Source of the DNA: Octopus vulgaris
Taxonomy: Eukaryota
Assembly: GCA_951406725.2 (NCBI GenBank)
Contig: OX597824.1
Location: forward strand, 73,470,001 to 73,534,000
Reading direction: 5' to 3'
Length of the DNA stretch: 64,000 nt
Part shown: piece after piece, positions 25,081-38,869 of the stretch
Position numbering within the stretch: position 1 is the first letter of the stretch
Layout of the letters: every line of letters begins with the position of its first letter
The notes under the pieces: generated by a model
What the model was told of the DNA's origin: nothing
The model's input: the letters and a program-made list of their open reading frames with translations, nothing else
The model's database searches: none
Position numbers and translations under genes: made by a program

Positions 25081-27040
25081 TCTTATGATTACGAGTACAC
25101 TGCCCTAACCACTAAACCACATTCATCCAGTGGTCCAAGGTACTGTACAGTGAAACTGAACCTGAAACCATGTGTTTGGGAAGTGAACTTCTTGGTCCTC
25201 TTCATTCTTCAAAGATGAGGCTCCACTCAATTCTTACTGAGTTTTTTTTTTTTTATATTTCAAATACATCACGCAAGGATGCTGGAAAGGGTTGATGTTG
25301 TCATGATGGAGTGAAGATTTAGTTTTGTAAAAAAAAAAAATGAGTGCAATACTCAATGTATTTATCTTTTACTTATCTCGGTCATTAGACTGCTGCCATG
25401 CTGGAGCACCACCTTGCAGAATTTTTAGTTGAATGAACCCCAGTACTTATTTTTTTAAAAACCTGGTGCTTATTCTATTGGTTCCTTTTCCCATACTGCT
25501 AAGTTGCAGGGACATAAACACACCAACACCAGTTGTCAAGCAATGATAAGACACACAGACATACACATATACACATGCACATACGCACTTACACATGCAT
25601 GCATGTACACACACACATACACATATACACATGCACATATGCACTTACACATGCATGTGTACACAAACAGACATACACATATACACATGCACATATGCAC
25701 TTACACATGTATACATGTACACACACACACACACACACACACCTATATACATGCACATACACACTTACACATGCATGCATGTACACACACACACACACAT
25801 GACAGGTTTCAGTTTCTGTCAATATAATTCACTCATGAGGCTTTCGTTGGCTCAAGATTACAATAGAAGACACTTGCCCAAGGTACCACACAGTGCGATT
25901 GAGCCCAGAACCATGTGGTTGGGAAGTAGACTCTGTACCTCATAGTCATGTCAGCACCTTTATTTTCAGTATATTTGTCTCTTGTTTTCTATACCAAAAC
26001 AGGTAGATGCAAGCGTGTCCGAAAGTTTACATCACCAAAATGTTGTTTCTGGGTTTGATAACACTATGTTGCTCCTTGAGCAAATGCTTTCTGTCATAGT
26101 GCTGAGTCAACTGTGGGCTTGTAATTGGAATTGTGCTCTTGCACTTGAGTAGAAGTTCATCAGGTGTATAAGAGTGGGTGTGTGCATATACATGCAAATG
26201 TGTGTGTGTGTGTACATAAATGTATATATATATATATCATCATCATCATCCTTATTATTCACAATTACATATGCACAGTCACACCTGTAGGAGTATATGT
26301 ATATATATCCATATATGTGTGTGTGTGTGTATGTGTGCATTTATATATATGTATGTATGTGTGTGTTTATATATATATATATATTTATATATACTTATAT
26401 ATACATGCATACACTTATACACACACAGATATACAATATATATATATATATATATGCATCTCTCCATACACACGCTTGCATATATATATATATATATATA
26501 TACATACATACATACATACATACATATATGTACATACTTACATATATATATATCCATATATACATACATATATGTACATACATATATATGCATATATACA
26601 TACATATATGTACATACTTACATATATATATGTATATACACATGCATATATGGGCACGGGACGTCACAGAACATAAACAACATGAAATACAAAATACGCA
26701 AACATGGAATATGGACGTTTTTTTTTGTTGCGAACAATGAAGGAAACAAATGGAAAACAAGCCAAGCAACATAAAGAATAACCCTTCATCAATTGTCGGC
26801 TGTTTTTCTACTACTCCATATTTCAAGCAATATATATATATAGGACGCCATGATAGATCGTTAGCTCCTACACGCATTTTTTTCTCTCCTTGTTTTTTTC
26901 TGTGTATCTTTCTGTCGAAGAGCGTAGGCTTGGAACATAAAAGACTTTTTCTATTCCTGAGCGCTATACTAATACATTTGTTTGTTTGTACTCCACCTGC
27001 CTTCGTCTTTTGTTTATTTTCATAAACTTTCCCTTTATAT

Positions 27041-27084
<44 letters not shown>

Positions 27085-27249
27085 TCACATTTATACATTA
27101 ATGATGATTATATACTCCATCTTGATTTGCATAAATTATATACTCCATCTGAGTTGTATATATTATATACTCCAGCTTGATTTGTATAAGCACAAGGAAA
27201 CACACTCATACATACATACAACCGTGTTCAGATGATCTCATTATCTCAC

Positions 27250-27350
27250 CATATCGTTGGGTGGAGTGAAAGTTATCTAGATCGTATTCTGTCCTTTTAA
27301 AAAGTAAACCCTGTTAGATTGCAGGTGTTGTCCGTGGTGTTGAAGGGGCT
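27250..27350 (-). other. Candidate non-coding first (5'UTR) exon of the minus-strand gene
   Basis: Unique sequence ending in the donor ATG|GTGAGA at 27250/27249, just downstream (minus sense) of a CCAAT/GC-box cluster. The start position is a guess. Confidence 0.3.
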
Positions 27351-27470
27351 GTTATTTTTTTGATTCCATTGTACCACCGTCACGAACATGAACTTAACGA
27401 CACACCCAATCAGCCGCCCACGCGTTCTTGTACTCCGTAACCACCATCACCACCACCACCCTATGCGTAT
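27330..27470. promoter_or_regulatory. Candidate promoter: CCAATCAG (27406-27413), GC box CCGCCC (27414-27419), CACGCG, local CpG enrichment
   Basis: Adjacent NF-Y-like and Sp-like motifs in a non-repeat, CpG-retaining patch within an otherwise CpG-poor window. Confidence 0.45.
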
Positions 27471-28339
27471 ACATATCCATGCATAGCTATATTTAGATGT
27501 AGGTGGGTGAATTTTGTGTATGTATGTGTGTATATATGGATGTATACACACAAACACACATGCACACATACATATACACATACACATACACACGCTAACA
27601 CAGTGGTTAGCCAAGTAGTGGATATATGGTTTCAGTCCAGTATTTGGTTTTCCCTTTCTATCGCAAATTAGTGTTTATAATGTCAAATATAAATTTATTC
27701 CACACACACACACGGACACATGTATATATCATTTTATTCCTTTACTTGTTTCAGTCATTTGACTGGCCATTCTGGAGCACCACCTTAAAGGGATGTAGTT
27801 GAAGAAATCAACCCTAGGACTTATTCTTTATAAGCTGAGTACTTATTCTATTAGTTTCTTTCGTTGAACCACTAAGTTACAGGGATATAAACACACCATC
27901 ATTGGTTGTCAAGCAATGGTGTGGGGGACAAAGAAAGAGAAATCAGTTGCCCAACGTGCCACGCACTGGGACTGAACCCAGAACCATGTGATTGGGAAGC
28001 AAGCTTCTTATTTCTTTACTGCCCACAAGGGGCTAAATATAGAGAGGACAAACAAGGACGGACAAAGTGATTAAGTTGATTACATCGACCCCAGTGTGTA
28101 ACTGGTACTTAATTTATCGACCCCGAAAGGATGAAAGGTAAAGTCAACCTCGGCGGAATTTTAACTAGCTTCTTACAACACATCCAGATCTGATATATTA
28201 TAAATCTATATATATTTTATATTACTTATTCTTTCCTATCGACACCATAAGTTTGCTAGCATCTTGTATGTGGAGCTTTTGACTGGTAGCACTTACATCT
28301 GCAAGTTGTTTTCAAAAAATCATGTAGATATATATCTGT

Positions 28340-28995
28340 AGGTATCAGATTGTTGGTTCAGGTGATAAAAGTTACAGAGAGAGTCATAGCCCAACTAATT
28401 AGGGAGAGACTTAGCCTAGATGGGATGCAGTTGGTTTTGTGCCAGGGAGAAGCACCACTGGTGCTATATTTCTGGTAAGACAGCTGCAGGAGAAGTACCT
28501 AGCCAAAGATAAACCTCTGTACTTGGTTTTTTGTTGACTTGGAGAAAGCCTTTGACAGGGTGCCCTGATCCCTTATCTGGTGGTCAGTGTGGAAACTAGG
28601 GATAGACAAGTGGTTGGTTAGAGTTGTACAAGCCATATACAGGGATGCTACCAGTAAGGTGAGGGTGGGCAATGAGTACAGCGAAGATTTTGGGGTACAA
28701 GCAGAGGTTCACCAAGGTTCAGTGCTCAGCTCCCTCTTGTTCATCATAGTCCTTCAGGCAATAACAGAGGGATTTAAGACAGGCTTCCCTTGGGATCTCC
28801 TCTATGCTGATGGCCTTTCTCTTATAGCTGAATTACTACCAGAACTAGAGCAGTTCCAAGTATGGGAGCAAGGTCTAGAATCGAAGGACCTTTGACTTAA
28901 CGTAGCAAAAACCAGAGTCTTAGTAAGTAGGAAGGCAGACAAATCACAAATCCCTTTAGGTAGATGTCCTTACTCGATCTGTAGAAAAGATGCTA
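28340..28995 (+). mobile_element. RTE-clade LINE reverse transcriptase fragment (degenerate)
   Basis: GFVPGRSTT.AIFLVRQLQEKY..VDLEKAFDRVP..VHQGSVLS.LLFIIVL..LLYAD, with frameshifts and stops. Confidence 0.9.
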
Positions 28996-29527
28996 CCAGT
29001 ATAAGCTTTGGACACATAAAATGCATATACACACAAGCATAAAATGTATATACACATAAAATGTATATACACACATGCATGCACATACACACACATATAG
29101 GTGCAGGTATGGCTGTGTGGTAAGAAGCTTGCTTCCTAACCATATGGTTCTGGGTTCAGTCCCACTGTGTAGCACCTTGGGCAAGTGTCTTCTAGTGTAG
29201 CCTTGGGGGTGATTGAAGCCTTGTGCCACATAAAAAACACTCTGTCCACTCTGCTGGGTGGTTGGTGTTAGGAAGTGTGTCTGGCTGTAAAAACCTTGCC
29301 AAAACAGATGCAGAAGACTACTGCAGGATCTTGCCTGGCCAGCTCCTGTCAAACCATTGAACCCATGCCAGCAGACGTTAAAGAATGATGATGATCGTCA
29401 TCATATATATATTATATAATATCTATAAAGTGTGTGTGTGTGTGTGTGTGTGTGTAAGCATACATTGATCTCAGTTTGGTTCGATAGTTGATATTCCAGT
29501 TATTCAGTCAACTGACTTTGCTATTCA

Positions 29528-29755
29528 TTAACCTTTTTGTTACCAACCCGGCTGAAACCGGCTTGGGATCTGAGTACAAATGTCTTGTTTTCATAAATTC
29601 TGAATTAAATTCTTCCACCAAACCTTAGTCCCAATTTATGTTCTTAACACAAGCTGAATGATAACTAAGTTATTTTACTAAATTCTTTGTTACATCTAAC
29701 ATAATTGAAAGAAACATAGAACATCTCAAAATAAATATGGTAACGAAAGGGTTAA
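29528..29755. mobile_element. TTAA-flanked piggyBac-like MITE; second copy at 61601-61822
   Basis: ttaacctttttgttacc ... ggtaacgaaagggttaa ends. Internal sequence is shared with 61601-61822. Confidence 0.8.
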
Positions 29756-29929
29756 ATTATTGTAAAAATTGTAAGTGGCTGAGTATTCCATAGGCACTTT
29801 TAACCTTTAATGTTATTCTTGTGCAGAATCAGTATGACATGTTGTATGACAAAGCTGACTTATACTGAATTGCAGGTATTGTTCACCTGTCAGGCTTGCA
29901 AACATTCTCCATCATATATATTTATAAAT

Positions 29930-30131
29930 ATATATATATATATATATATTATCATTATTATCATCATCATTATCAGTATTTTTATCATTATTATTATTAT
30001 CATTATTATCATTATCATCATCATCATTATCTTTATCATTATTATTATTATTATTATCATCATCATTATTATCATCATCATTATCATCATCTTTATCATT
30101 ATTATCATCATCATTATTATTATTATTATTA

Positions 30132-30198
<67 letters not shown>

Positions 30199-30206
30199 AG
30201 AATATT

Positions 30207-30241
<35 letters not shown>

Positions 30242-30259
30242 GTATATATATATGGAGAA

Positions 30260-30301
<42 letters not shown>

Positions 30302-30491
30302 CACATATATAATAATAATAATAATGATGATAATAATGATAAAGATGATGATAATGATGATAATGATGATGATAATAATAATGATAATAATAATAATGAT
30401 AATGATGATGATAATAATGATAATACTAATAATAATGATGATAATGATGATGATACTGATGATAATAATGATGATAATAATGATGATAATT

Positions 30492-30540
<49 letters not shown>
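29930..30540. repeat. Compound microsatellite (ATT/ATC)n-(TA)n-(AAT/GAT)n
   Basis: Direct inspection. It is the source of the poly-I/N/D ORFs. Confidence 0.95.
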
Positions 30541-31621
30541 GTTTCAACAAAAGAATGAGACCTTGATATTAGATATATATAAATATATATAAATGCACAT
30601 TCACACACACGCTCACACATATACGCACACATATACACACATGCACACATACACACATGCACACATACACACATTTCACATACACACACACATTCATTCC
30701 GACTGTAATAACCTAACCTATAATAACCGACTATAATAACCTGACGTTCACAATCATCATGCTTTGTGAAATGTGCAGCTCACGTGCCATGCACACAACC
30801 TCACTTAGCTCATGAATGTACACACTTGGAACTCTACACATAAATATGCATATGTGAACATACAAACATTATAGCTGCTCTTGAATGTATGCATTTGATT
30901 GTCTACACTTGAATTCTAATACTGTGTATATGTACTCCAACAAACGTCTGTACATGCAGATTTATGAAGTCATGCTCACACACACTCAAGCCCCTTCTGT
31001 TCATGGTTTTGTACTGGGTCCCACTTTGTCACATTCAAATGGAAATATCTTTTATCTGTTATTTGTTTCAGTCTGTAGACTGGGGTCATGCTGGGTACCG
31101 CCTTGAGGAATTTTTAATTGAATGAATTAACCCCAAGTATTTATTTTTTTAAATCTTGGTACTTATTCTATCAGTCTCATTTGCCAAACTGCTAAGTTAT
31201 GGGGATGTAAACACACTGATACTGGTAGTCAAATGGTGGTAGGGGACAACTGCACACACTCGCACACACATGCATAAGCATACATGCACACACACATACA
31301 CATATGCACACACACGAGCTTCTTTCAGTTTCCATCCACCAAATCCACTCACAAAGATTAGATTGGCCCAAGGCTATAGTAGAAGACATTCACCCAAGGT
31401 ACCACACTGTGGGACTGAACCCGGAACCATATCATGGGAAGCAAGCTACTTACCACACAGCCACACCTGCACCTATATATATATATGTACACACACACAC
31501 CGCTGGATTGAATGGTGTTGAAACCATAATGATATCTGTGGGGCAGCTGATGATGGAAATATGTTGGATTGTTGGTATGGCTGTTTTTGTATGTGTGGAA
31601 TAGTGTTATAGCACATCCTTT

Positions 31622-31656
<35 letters not shown>

Positions 31657-32279
31657 CATAAGTAAGATTTAGTTGAATTAGGTACTTGAATTGAGGCATC
31701 TCATTAGGTCAGAATAATATACTCATACTTCAAAATAAAGGACACTCAAAATGATTTAACATAGTTTAAAATCCACAGGGCAAAAGCATTTACAGTGATT
31801 CTGCTACTATTTCAGTTGACAGAACTGAAACAGTAGCAGGATAACTGTAAATGTTTTTATTCCATGAATTTTAAGCTATGTTAAGTCATTTTGAATGTCC
31901 TTTATTTTGAAGTTCATGAATTCATTTGATGAAAATGGTTTCTTTACAATGCTGTAGTGCTTTTTATTAATCAATTAAAGGAGTAGTTAGAAATGGCTGT
32001 AATGGACTGGCACCTATACCTCTACTGTTACTCGTGGCACGTAAAAAGCACCCACTACACTCTCAGAGTGGTTGGCGTTAGGAAGGGCATCCAGCTGTAG
32101 AAACTCTGCCTGATCAAGATTGGAGCCTGGTGCAGACATCTGGTTTGCCAGCCCTCAGTCAAAATCGTGCAACCCATGCTAGCATTTAAAGTGGACATTA
32201 AATGATGATGATGATGATATATATATATATATATACATAGTTTCATTTTGTTTTTTACTTGCTGATCTAGAGGAAGGGA

Positions 32280-32660
32280 AAAGGGCAATGTTCTGGGAAG
32301 GAAGAACTGGATATAGGGATTAATGTGGGGCTGGTGGTGTTGGGCACAATTAGAGTAATGAGAGGAGGATAGGTGTGTGGGTTGAGAATGCCTGAGTGGG
32401 GGAAGCATGAGCCAAGCCAGCTCCATTGAGCAGGGGCCATTATAGTAGAGATAAAAAAATTATATAGAGGAGGTAGTGTACCTGTGCTATAGATGGTGAT
32501 GATGGTGTCTGTGAATGACTTTATGCCACTCACTTAGATGGCTCTTTCCTAGAGGTTGTCTAGGGTATCTGGGTGTCCTGTAGCACTACCAGTCCAGATA
32601 TGAGAGAAATATTTCATTGTGGATCTTACCTGAGTTTTGTAGAGTTTTAATATTTCTAAC
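32280..32660 (-). mobile_element. CR1-group LINE ORF2 fragment (degenerate)
   Basis: LKLYKTQVRSTMKYFSHIWTGS..TLDNL*ERAI..YYNGPCSMEL..FFLPRT resembles LYKAQVRP.MEYCSHIW motifs. Confidence 0.7.
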
Positions 32661-33112
32661 AGATTAAGATGGTAAGCTAGCAGAATCGTTAGCATGCTGA
32701 GCAAAATGCTTAGTGGCATTTTGTCCCTCTTTAGCTTCTGAGTTTAAATTCTGCCAAGGTTGACTTTGCCTTTCAGCTTTTGGAGGTTGATAAAATAAGT
32801 ACCAGTTGAGCTCTGGGGTTGATGTAATCGACTAAACACCTCCACTGAAACTGCTGGCCTTGTGCAAGAATTTGAAACCAATATTTCTATGAGACTGAAA
32901 TATTTTCCAATTCTGATGAGAAGGGTTTGTCACACTTGTGCTTTTGCTTTTACAGCTGTGGCTTCACTCATGCTTGCCTACACTGCCACACACACACACA
33001 CACATGCATATACACCTGAGTATAATCATATACTCGAGCCAATGAGAGAGAGCTTCTATGTTGTCGTTTGAAGTGCTAGTAATAGTAGATCAACTGTTCC
33101 TCAGATAACTCT

Positions 33113-33333
33113 CTCTCTTTTACTCTTTTACTTGTTTCAGTCATTTGACTGCGGCCATGCTGGAGCACCGCTTTTAATCGAGCAACTTGACCCCGGGACT
33201 TATTCTTTTGTAAGCCCAGTACTTATTCTATTGGTCTCTTTTGCTGAACCGCTAAGTAACGGGGACATAAGCACACCAGCATCGGTTGTCAAGCAATGCT
33301 AGGGGGACAAACACAGACACACAAACACACACA

Positions 33334-33387
<54 letters not shown>

Positions 33388-33558
33388 CATATACATATAT
33401 ACGACGGGCTTCTTTCAGTTTCTGTCTACCAAATCCACTCACAAGGCTTTGGTCGGCCTGAGGCTATAGTAGAAGACACTTGCCCAAGATGCCATGCAGT
33501 GGGACTGAACCCGGAACCATGTGGTTGGTAAACAAGCTACTTACCACACAGCCACTCA
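33113..33558 (-). mobile_element. SINE family A
   Basis: Full body and tail with a long internal (TA)n. A further diverged copy lies at 34240-34615. Confidence 0.9.
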
Positions 33559-34988
33559 TACTGTCTTAAAAAGAAAAGGTTATTTTGGATAATGTCGCCC
33601 CAGATGCACATTACCTGATACAAAATTAAATAAAAGAGTAGTTGGGATGGTCATATATGAGTGTTTGACTGTTTACCTGCTCAATTAAGACTGACTTGAA
33701 GCTAAACAACTCCAACCACACCATGCCCTTCCTCTAGAGCAATCACACACATTCACATAAATACATACACACACACACACACATTACTGTCACCCCTCCC
33801 TCTTCACTTTTATAATCATGAAGCAATCAATAGTAGTGGTATTATAGTGGTAGAGGTGAGGGGGTACTAAAAATAATTTTTTTGTTAGGTGGGGGTCTCC
33901 ACTTTTTGTTCAAATTGAGCCACACCTCACTCGCTCAGACTTTCAGTCAGCCAGTGATTAAGATACAAGAAGGGCACCACCCAATATTGTTCAGCAACAT
34001 CAAAGCCTCTGTGTCAGGGTGTATTTGTACTGGGAATTATTGTATTTTACATTGCAAAAGTGTATACACACACACACACACATTTGTACATATATGCACA
34101 AACAGGCACACACACACACATACACACATAGGCACACAAACACATACACACATGCACATACAGGCACACAAACACACACACACACACACACACACACATG
34201 GACATACAGGCATACACACAAATACACATATATCTTTTATCTTTTGCTTGTTTTACTCATTGGACTTTGGCCATTCTGGGGCACCACCTTGAAATGCTGA
34301 GTCAAACTAATCGTCCTCTGTTCCTATTTTGATTTTAATCCTGGTACTTATTCTTTTGGTCTCTTTTTGCCGAAGCACTAAGTTACAGAGATCTAAACAA
34401 ATCATTACTTGGTGTGAAGCAATAGTGAACTGCAAACAGAGAGAGAGAGAGGATTCTTTTAGTTTCCGTCTACTACCAACTCCACACATGAGGCTTTGGT
34501 TGGCCCGGGCTATAGTAGAAGCCAGTTGCCCAAAGTGCATTGGCTATGCAGTGGGATTGAACCTGGAACCATGTGGTTGGGAAGCAAACTTCTTACTACA
34601 CAACCATGCCTGTACATGTTTTCTTTTAATCAAGAAGAGAGTGTCGATGACCCTTTATGGGGCTTCCAAAAGTCATGGGAAGGAGAGAAGAAAGTCTCCT
34701 TAATCTGGACACAAAGCTTGGAAGCTTGCATCAGAGTTGTCTTCACTAAAGACAGCCAAAGTGTCACTGGGTGACAAATTTTTATCTTACTACTCAGAGT
34801 AGGATGTGGCAGGATTTGAATATGGAACACAAAGAGCTAGAACAAATACCACAAGGCATCTGATCTGACATTCTTATAGTTATTTCGATCCACAGCCCTT
34901 CGAGTTTCATATTTTTGGAGTATCCCTCAAGAATCCTCAAGGCAATCATCAAAGAAGAATGTAGTGTTAGAACTGCTAACTTCTCTTA

Positions 34989-35032
<44 letters not shown>

Positions 35033-35212
35033 CTCTCTTTCTCTCTCGCTCTCTCTCTCCCTCACATACACACACACAGGTACCACACATACATATAGAG
35101 ACACCTATAGAGAAATGTATACACACAAGTACAAACTTCTAACTAACCACGTGCTTACATACATGCATCCCACTTCATGTATACTCTCATATATGCATAA
35201 ACTCTGTCTGTC

Positions 35213-35252
<40 letters not shown>

Positions 35253-35416
35253 ACACACACATCATTATTCTACTTTCAATATATAATTGAAATATGAGTT
35301 AATAGTTTGTAAAATTTTAATCTCGTTAACAACTCAATTTCAGGCATTTAAACTCTTAATGACATTCATAAAAGTTTAATGCCCTTGCAGGAAACAATAT
35401 ATTGTGTGCATGCATA

Positions 35417-38200
35417 CATCATCATCATCATCATTTAACGTCCATTGTCCATGCTGGTATGGGTTGGACGGTTTGACTGGGCTGGCACACTGGAAGACTG
35501 CATCAGACTCCAGTCTGATTTGGCATGGTTTTCTACAGCTTGATGCCCTTCCTAATGCCAACCACTCTGAGAGTGTAATGGGTGCTCTTACGTGCCACCA
35601 GCATGGGTGCCATTTGCACGAAACCACTGTGCATTTATGTGCCACAGGTGTGAGTGCCAATTTGCATAACACTAGTATGTTCCATGACTGTGATTTTGCT
35701 CAGCTTAATGGGTCTTCTCAAGCACGACATAATGCCAAGGGTTTTAGCCATTGCCTCCGTGAGGCCCAACACCCAAAAAGGAACTCAGTCACTTTGCCTC
35801 TGTCGGGCCCAACGCTCGAGAGGAACTCAGCCACTTTGACTCTGTGAGGCCCAACGCTTAAAAAGAACTCTGTGACTTTGCCTCCATGAGTCCCAATGTT
35901 CAAGAGATGTTCTTTACATGCCACCAGCATGGTTGCATTTGGGTTAATGGGCCCTCTCAAACACAGTACGTCGCCAAAGGTTTCAGTCACTAGTCATTGC
36001 TTCTGTGAGACTCAAAGTTCAAAAATCATGCTTCACCACCTCGTCCTATGTCTTCCTGAGCCTACACCATTCACAGGTTCCCTCCACAATTAGAGATTGG
36101 TGCTTCTTTATATTGCTGTCCTTATACATATGCATCACATGACCATACCGGCACAGTTGTCTCTCTTGCACACCATCTGATTCCTCTCAAGATGCTTACA
36201 CTCTGTTGAACATGCACATTGACATTGCACATCCAGCGAAACACACTGGCTTCATTTCTCTCAAGCCTATGCATGTTCTCGGCTGTTATAGCCCATGTTT
36301 CACTGCTATGCAGCATAGCTGTTCGCACACAGGCATCATCCAATCTGCCTTTCACTCTGAGAGAGAGGCCCTTTGTTGCCAGCAGGGGTAGGAGCTCTCT
36401 CAACTTTCCCTTGCCTAATCTTATCCTCACAGTTATGCCTTTGGAGCATCCACCTCCACTACTAACCTGGTCACCTAGAAAACGGAAGCTATCTACTACC
36501 TCTAGCTTGTTCCACACTGGCAGTTGATGGAGACTGTTTTGTGCACATTTTTAATGTTTATTACGCCCGTGCACCTTCCACATACAAAAGTTAATTTCCC
36601 TGTTAACCTTCTAATGTTGCTGGACCTTTTATGTGTCCAATGCTTACACTGGGTGCATCTAATGAAATTTCTACCTACATCTTTTCTACAGATTGAGCAG
36701 GGCCATCAACCTGAAAGGATTTGTGATTTGTGATTCCTATTTACTATGACTTTGGTTAACTCTAAGGCCTTTTGCTTCCATACCTAGAACTTCTTCTCTA
36801 GTTCAGGTAGTGATTCAGCTATAAGGGCAAGGTCATCAGCATAGAGGAGATCCCAGGGGAGTTTCTCTTGAATTCCTCTGTTATTGCCTGGAGGACTATA
36901 ATGAACAAGAGTGGGCTGATCACCAATCCTTGGTGAACCTCTACTTGTACCCTGAATTCTTTGCTGTACTCATTGCCCACCCTCACCATACTGGTTGTGT
37001 CCCTATACAAGGCTTGTATGGCTCTCACCAACCACTTGTCTATTCCTAGTTTCTGCACTGACCACCAGATAAGGGATTAGGGGATCCTGTCAAAAGCTTT
37101 CTCCAAGTCAACAAAAGCCAAGTATAGAGGTTTATCTTTGGCTAGGTATTTCTCCTGAAGTTGCCTTACCAGAAGTATAGCACCAGTGGTGCTGCTCCCT
37201 GGCACCAAACCAAACTGCATCTCATCTAGATAAACTCTCTCCCTAATTAGTTGGGGCTATGACTTTCTCCGCAACTTTTATCACCTGATCCAACAATTTG
37301 ATACCTCTGTAATTATTTCTATTTAAGGCATCACCTTTACCTTTCTAGCTGTTGACTACTGTGCTGCTACATCTGTCATTGGGTATGACTCCTTCATGAA
37401 CCATCTGATTTACAATACGGGCGACTAGACCATAACCCACATCACCTGATATTTTAAGCATCTCAGTGGTGATTTCTGATGGGTTGGGGGCTTTCTCTGT
37501 CTTCATATCCTTAATTGCTTTATCTACCTCAGTACTGTCGATTCAGGTAGCTGGTCCCTCAATTGAGTCAACATTTGGCAGACTCTCCTCCTCCCATTCA
37601 TTCACCACATTCAGCAGTCTTTCATAATGACATCTCCAAGCCTCTTTCTTTGCAGACACATAAAATGAAGCGCATCATCATCCATGCGGATACATTTCTC
37701 TCCAATGACATTATAATTTCCTCTCACACACTGTCTTGCAATCCGAAATACTTCAGTTCTTTGGCCCTCATGATGGTGAACATAGGCAAACTTATTTTCT
37801 GCTTCTCCCTAGCTTCCCTTCTGGCTATCTGATATAGTTCCCTGTTGCCCAACTCTTTCAGGCCTTCCAGGCCTGTTTATTTGCCCTAATGGCCCTGTCT
37901 ACAGTATTGTTTCACCACAAGGGGACTTTGCACCAGCCACAGATTTGGTCTGTGGCACTCAGCAAGCTGTCTTGCAGGAATTCCCAGTTGCCCTCTATGT
38001 CACAAGTTTGTAGCTCCTCCTCCCTTTCATCAAATTTCTCAATTAGGATGTCCTTAAATCTCTGACCATATGAAAGGTCCTTAAGCTTCCAAATCCTTCT
38101 TTTCCAGGTTGGTCTGTTTCTTGGCATCCTTCTGGCCTGGAGTCTAAAGTCGCTAATGACTAGTCTATGTGGGGGGTAATTCTTCACCTGGGGGAGTGTA
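35417..38200 (-). mobile_element. 5'-truncated RTE-clade LINE (about 2.8 kb: end of endonuclease region, reverse transcriptase, 3'UTR with 42-bp repeats, (GAT)n tail), disrupted
   Basis: HRLVISDF..RRIWKLKD, FVDLEKAFDR, VHQG..SPLLFIIVL, YADDL and LEVVDSFRFLGD..ACVRTAMLHSSETW motifs. Its 3'UTR is the source of the many short (CAT)n-tailed copies in the window. Confidence 0.92.
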
Positions 38201-38394
38201 TTTGAGAGTAACCATACATCTATGCATATATATGTGTATGTGTGCATGCGCATGCGCGTGTATATATATATATATATATATATATGAGTACGGGACACTT
38301 TTATCTGCTGCAATTTTTGCAACTTGTAATAAAGCCTGTCTTTGTATGAAACAATTATACTAAAAACTAATCCATTCTTGTTGCTTCTTTCTTG

Positions 38395-38439
<45 letters not shown>

Positions 38440-38440
38440 A

Positions 38441-38622
38441 CAATAATCCCTCACCATAACGTGGTTCACCCATCACGCACTCAGTACATCACAGATTTTT
38501 CTGGCTAATATATGTAAATTTATATTGTGGACTCCTCAGTGTTTTGCGGGTTTGTGCGGCCAATAGGTATTTATATTTTTTTAGATTTTAATTATTTCTG
38601 TGGGAGGTTTTGGAACATAACA
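38441..38622. mobile_element. Tigger/pogo-like MITE, partial
   Basis: TA|caataatccctcaccataacgtggttcacc left end, shared with 39756-39966. Confidence 0.6.
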
Positions 38623-38810
38623 CAAAGGACTATCTGTGAGGTAGAGGTCCTTATGTGTCAATCATTATCTACCTTTTTTATATGTATTTTACCTATTTTT
38701 CTATCTTCCAATACATTGTTTATGTAGATGTATTCGTATATGAAATGTAACTTTCAGTGCTGGCTCTAATTTTTATAGAACATCTCTAGAGAAAACTTTA
38801 AAAAGTGATA

Positions 38811-38854
<44 letters not shown>

Positions 38855-38869
38855 GTTTTTGTATCTGTG

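Noticed and set aside
29810-30592. 260-aa poly-I/N/D ORF, and the similar ORFs at 26164-27084 and 41625-42625
   Set aside because: These are microsatellite translations.
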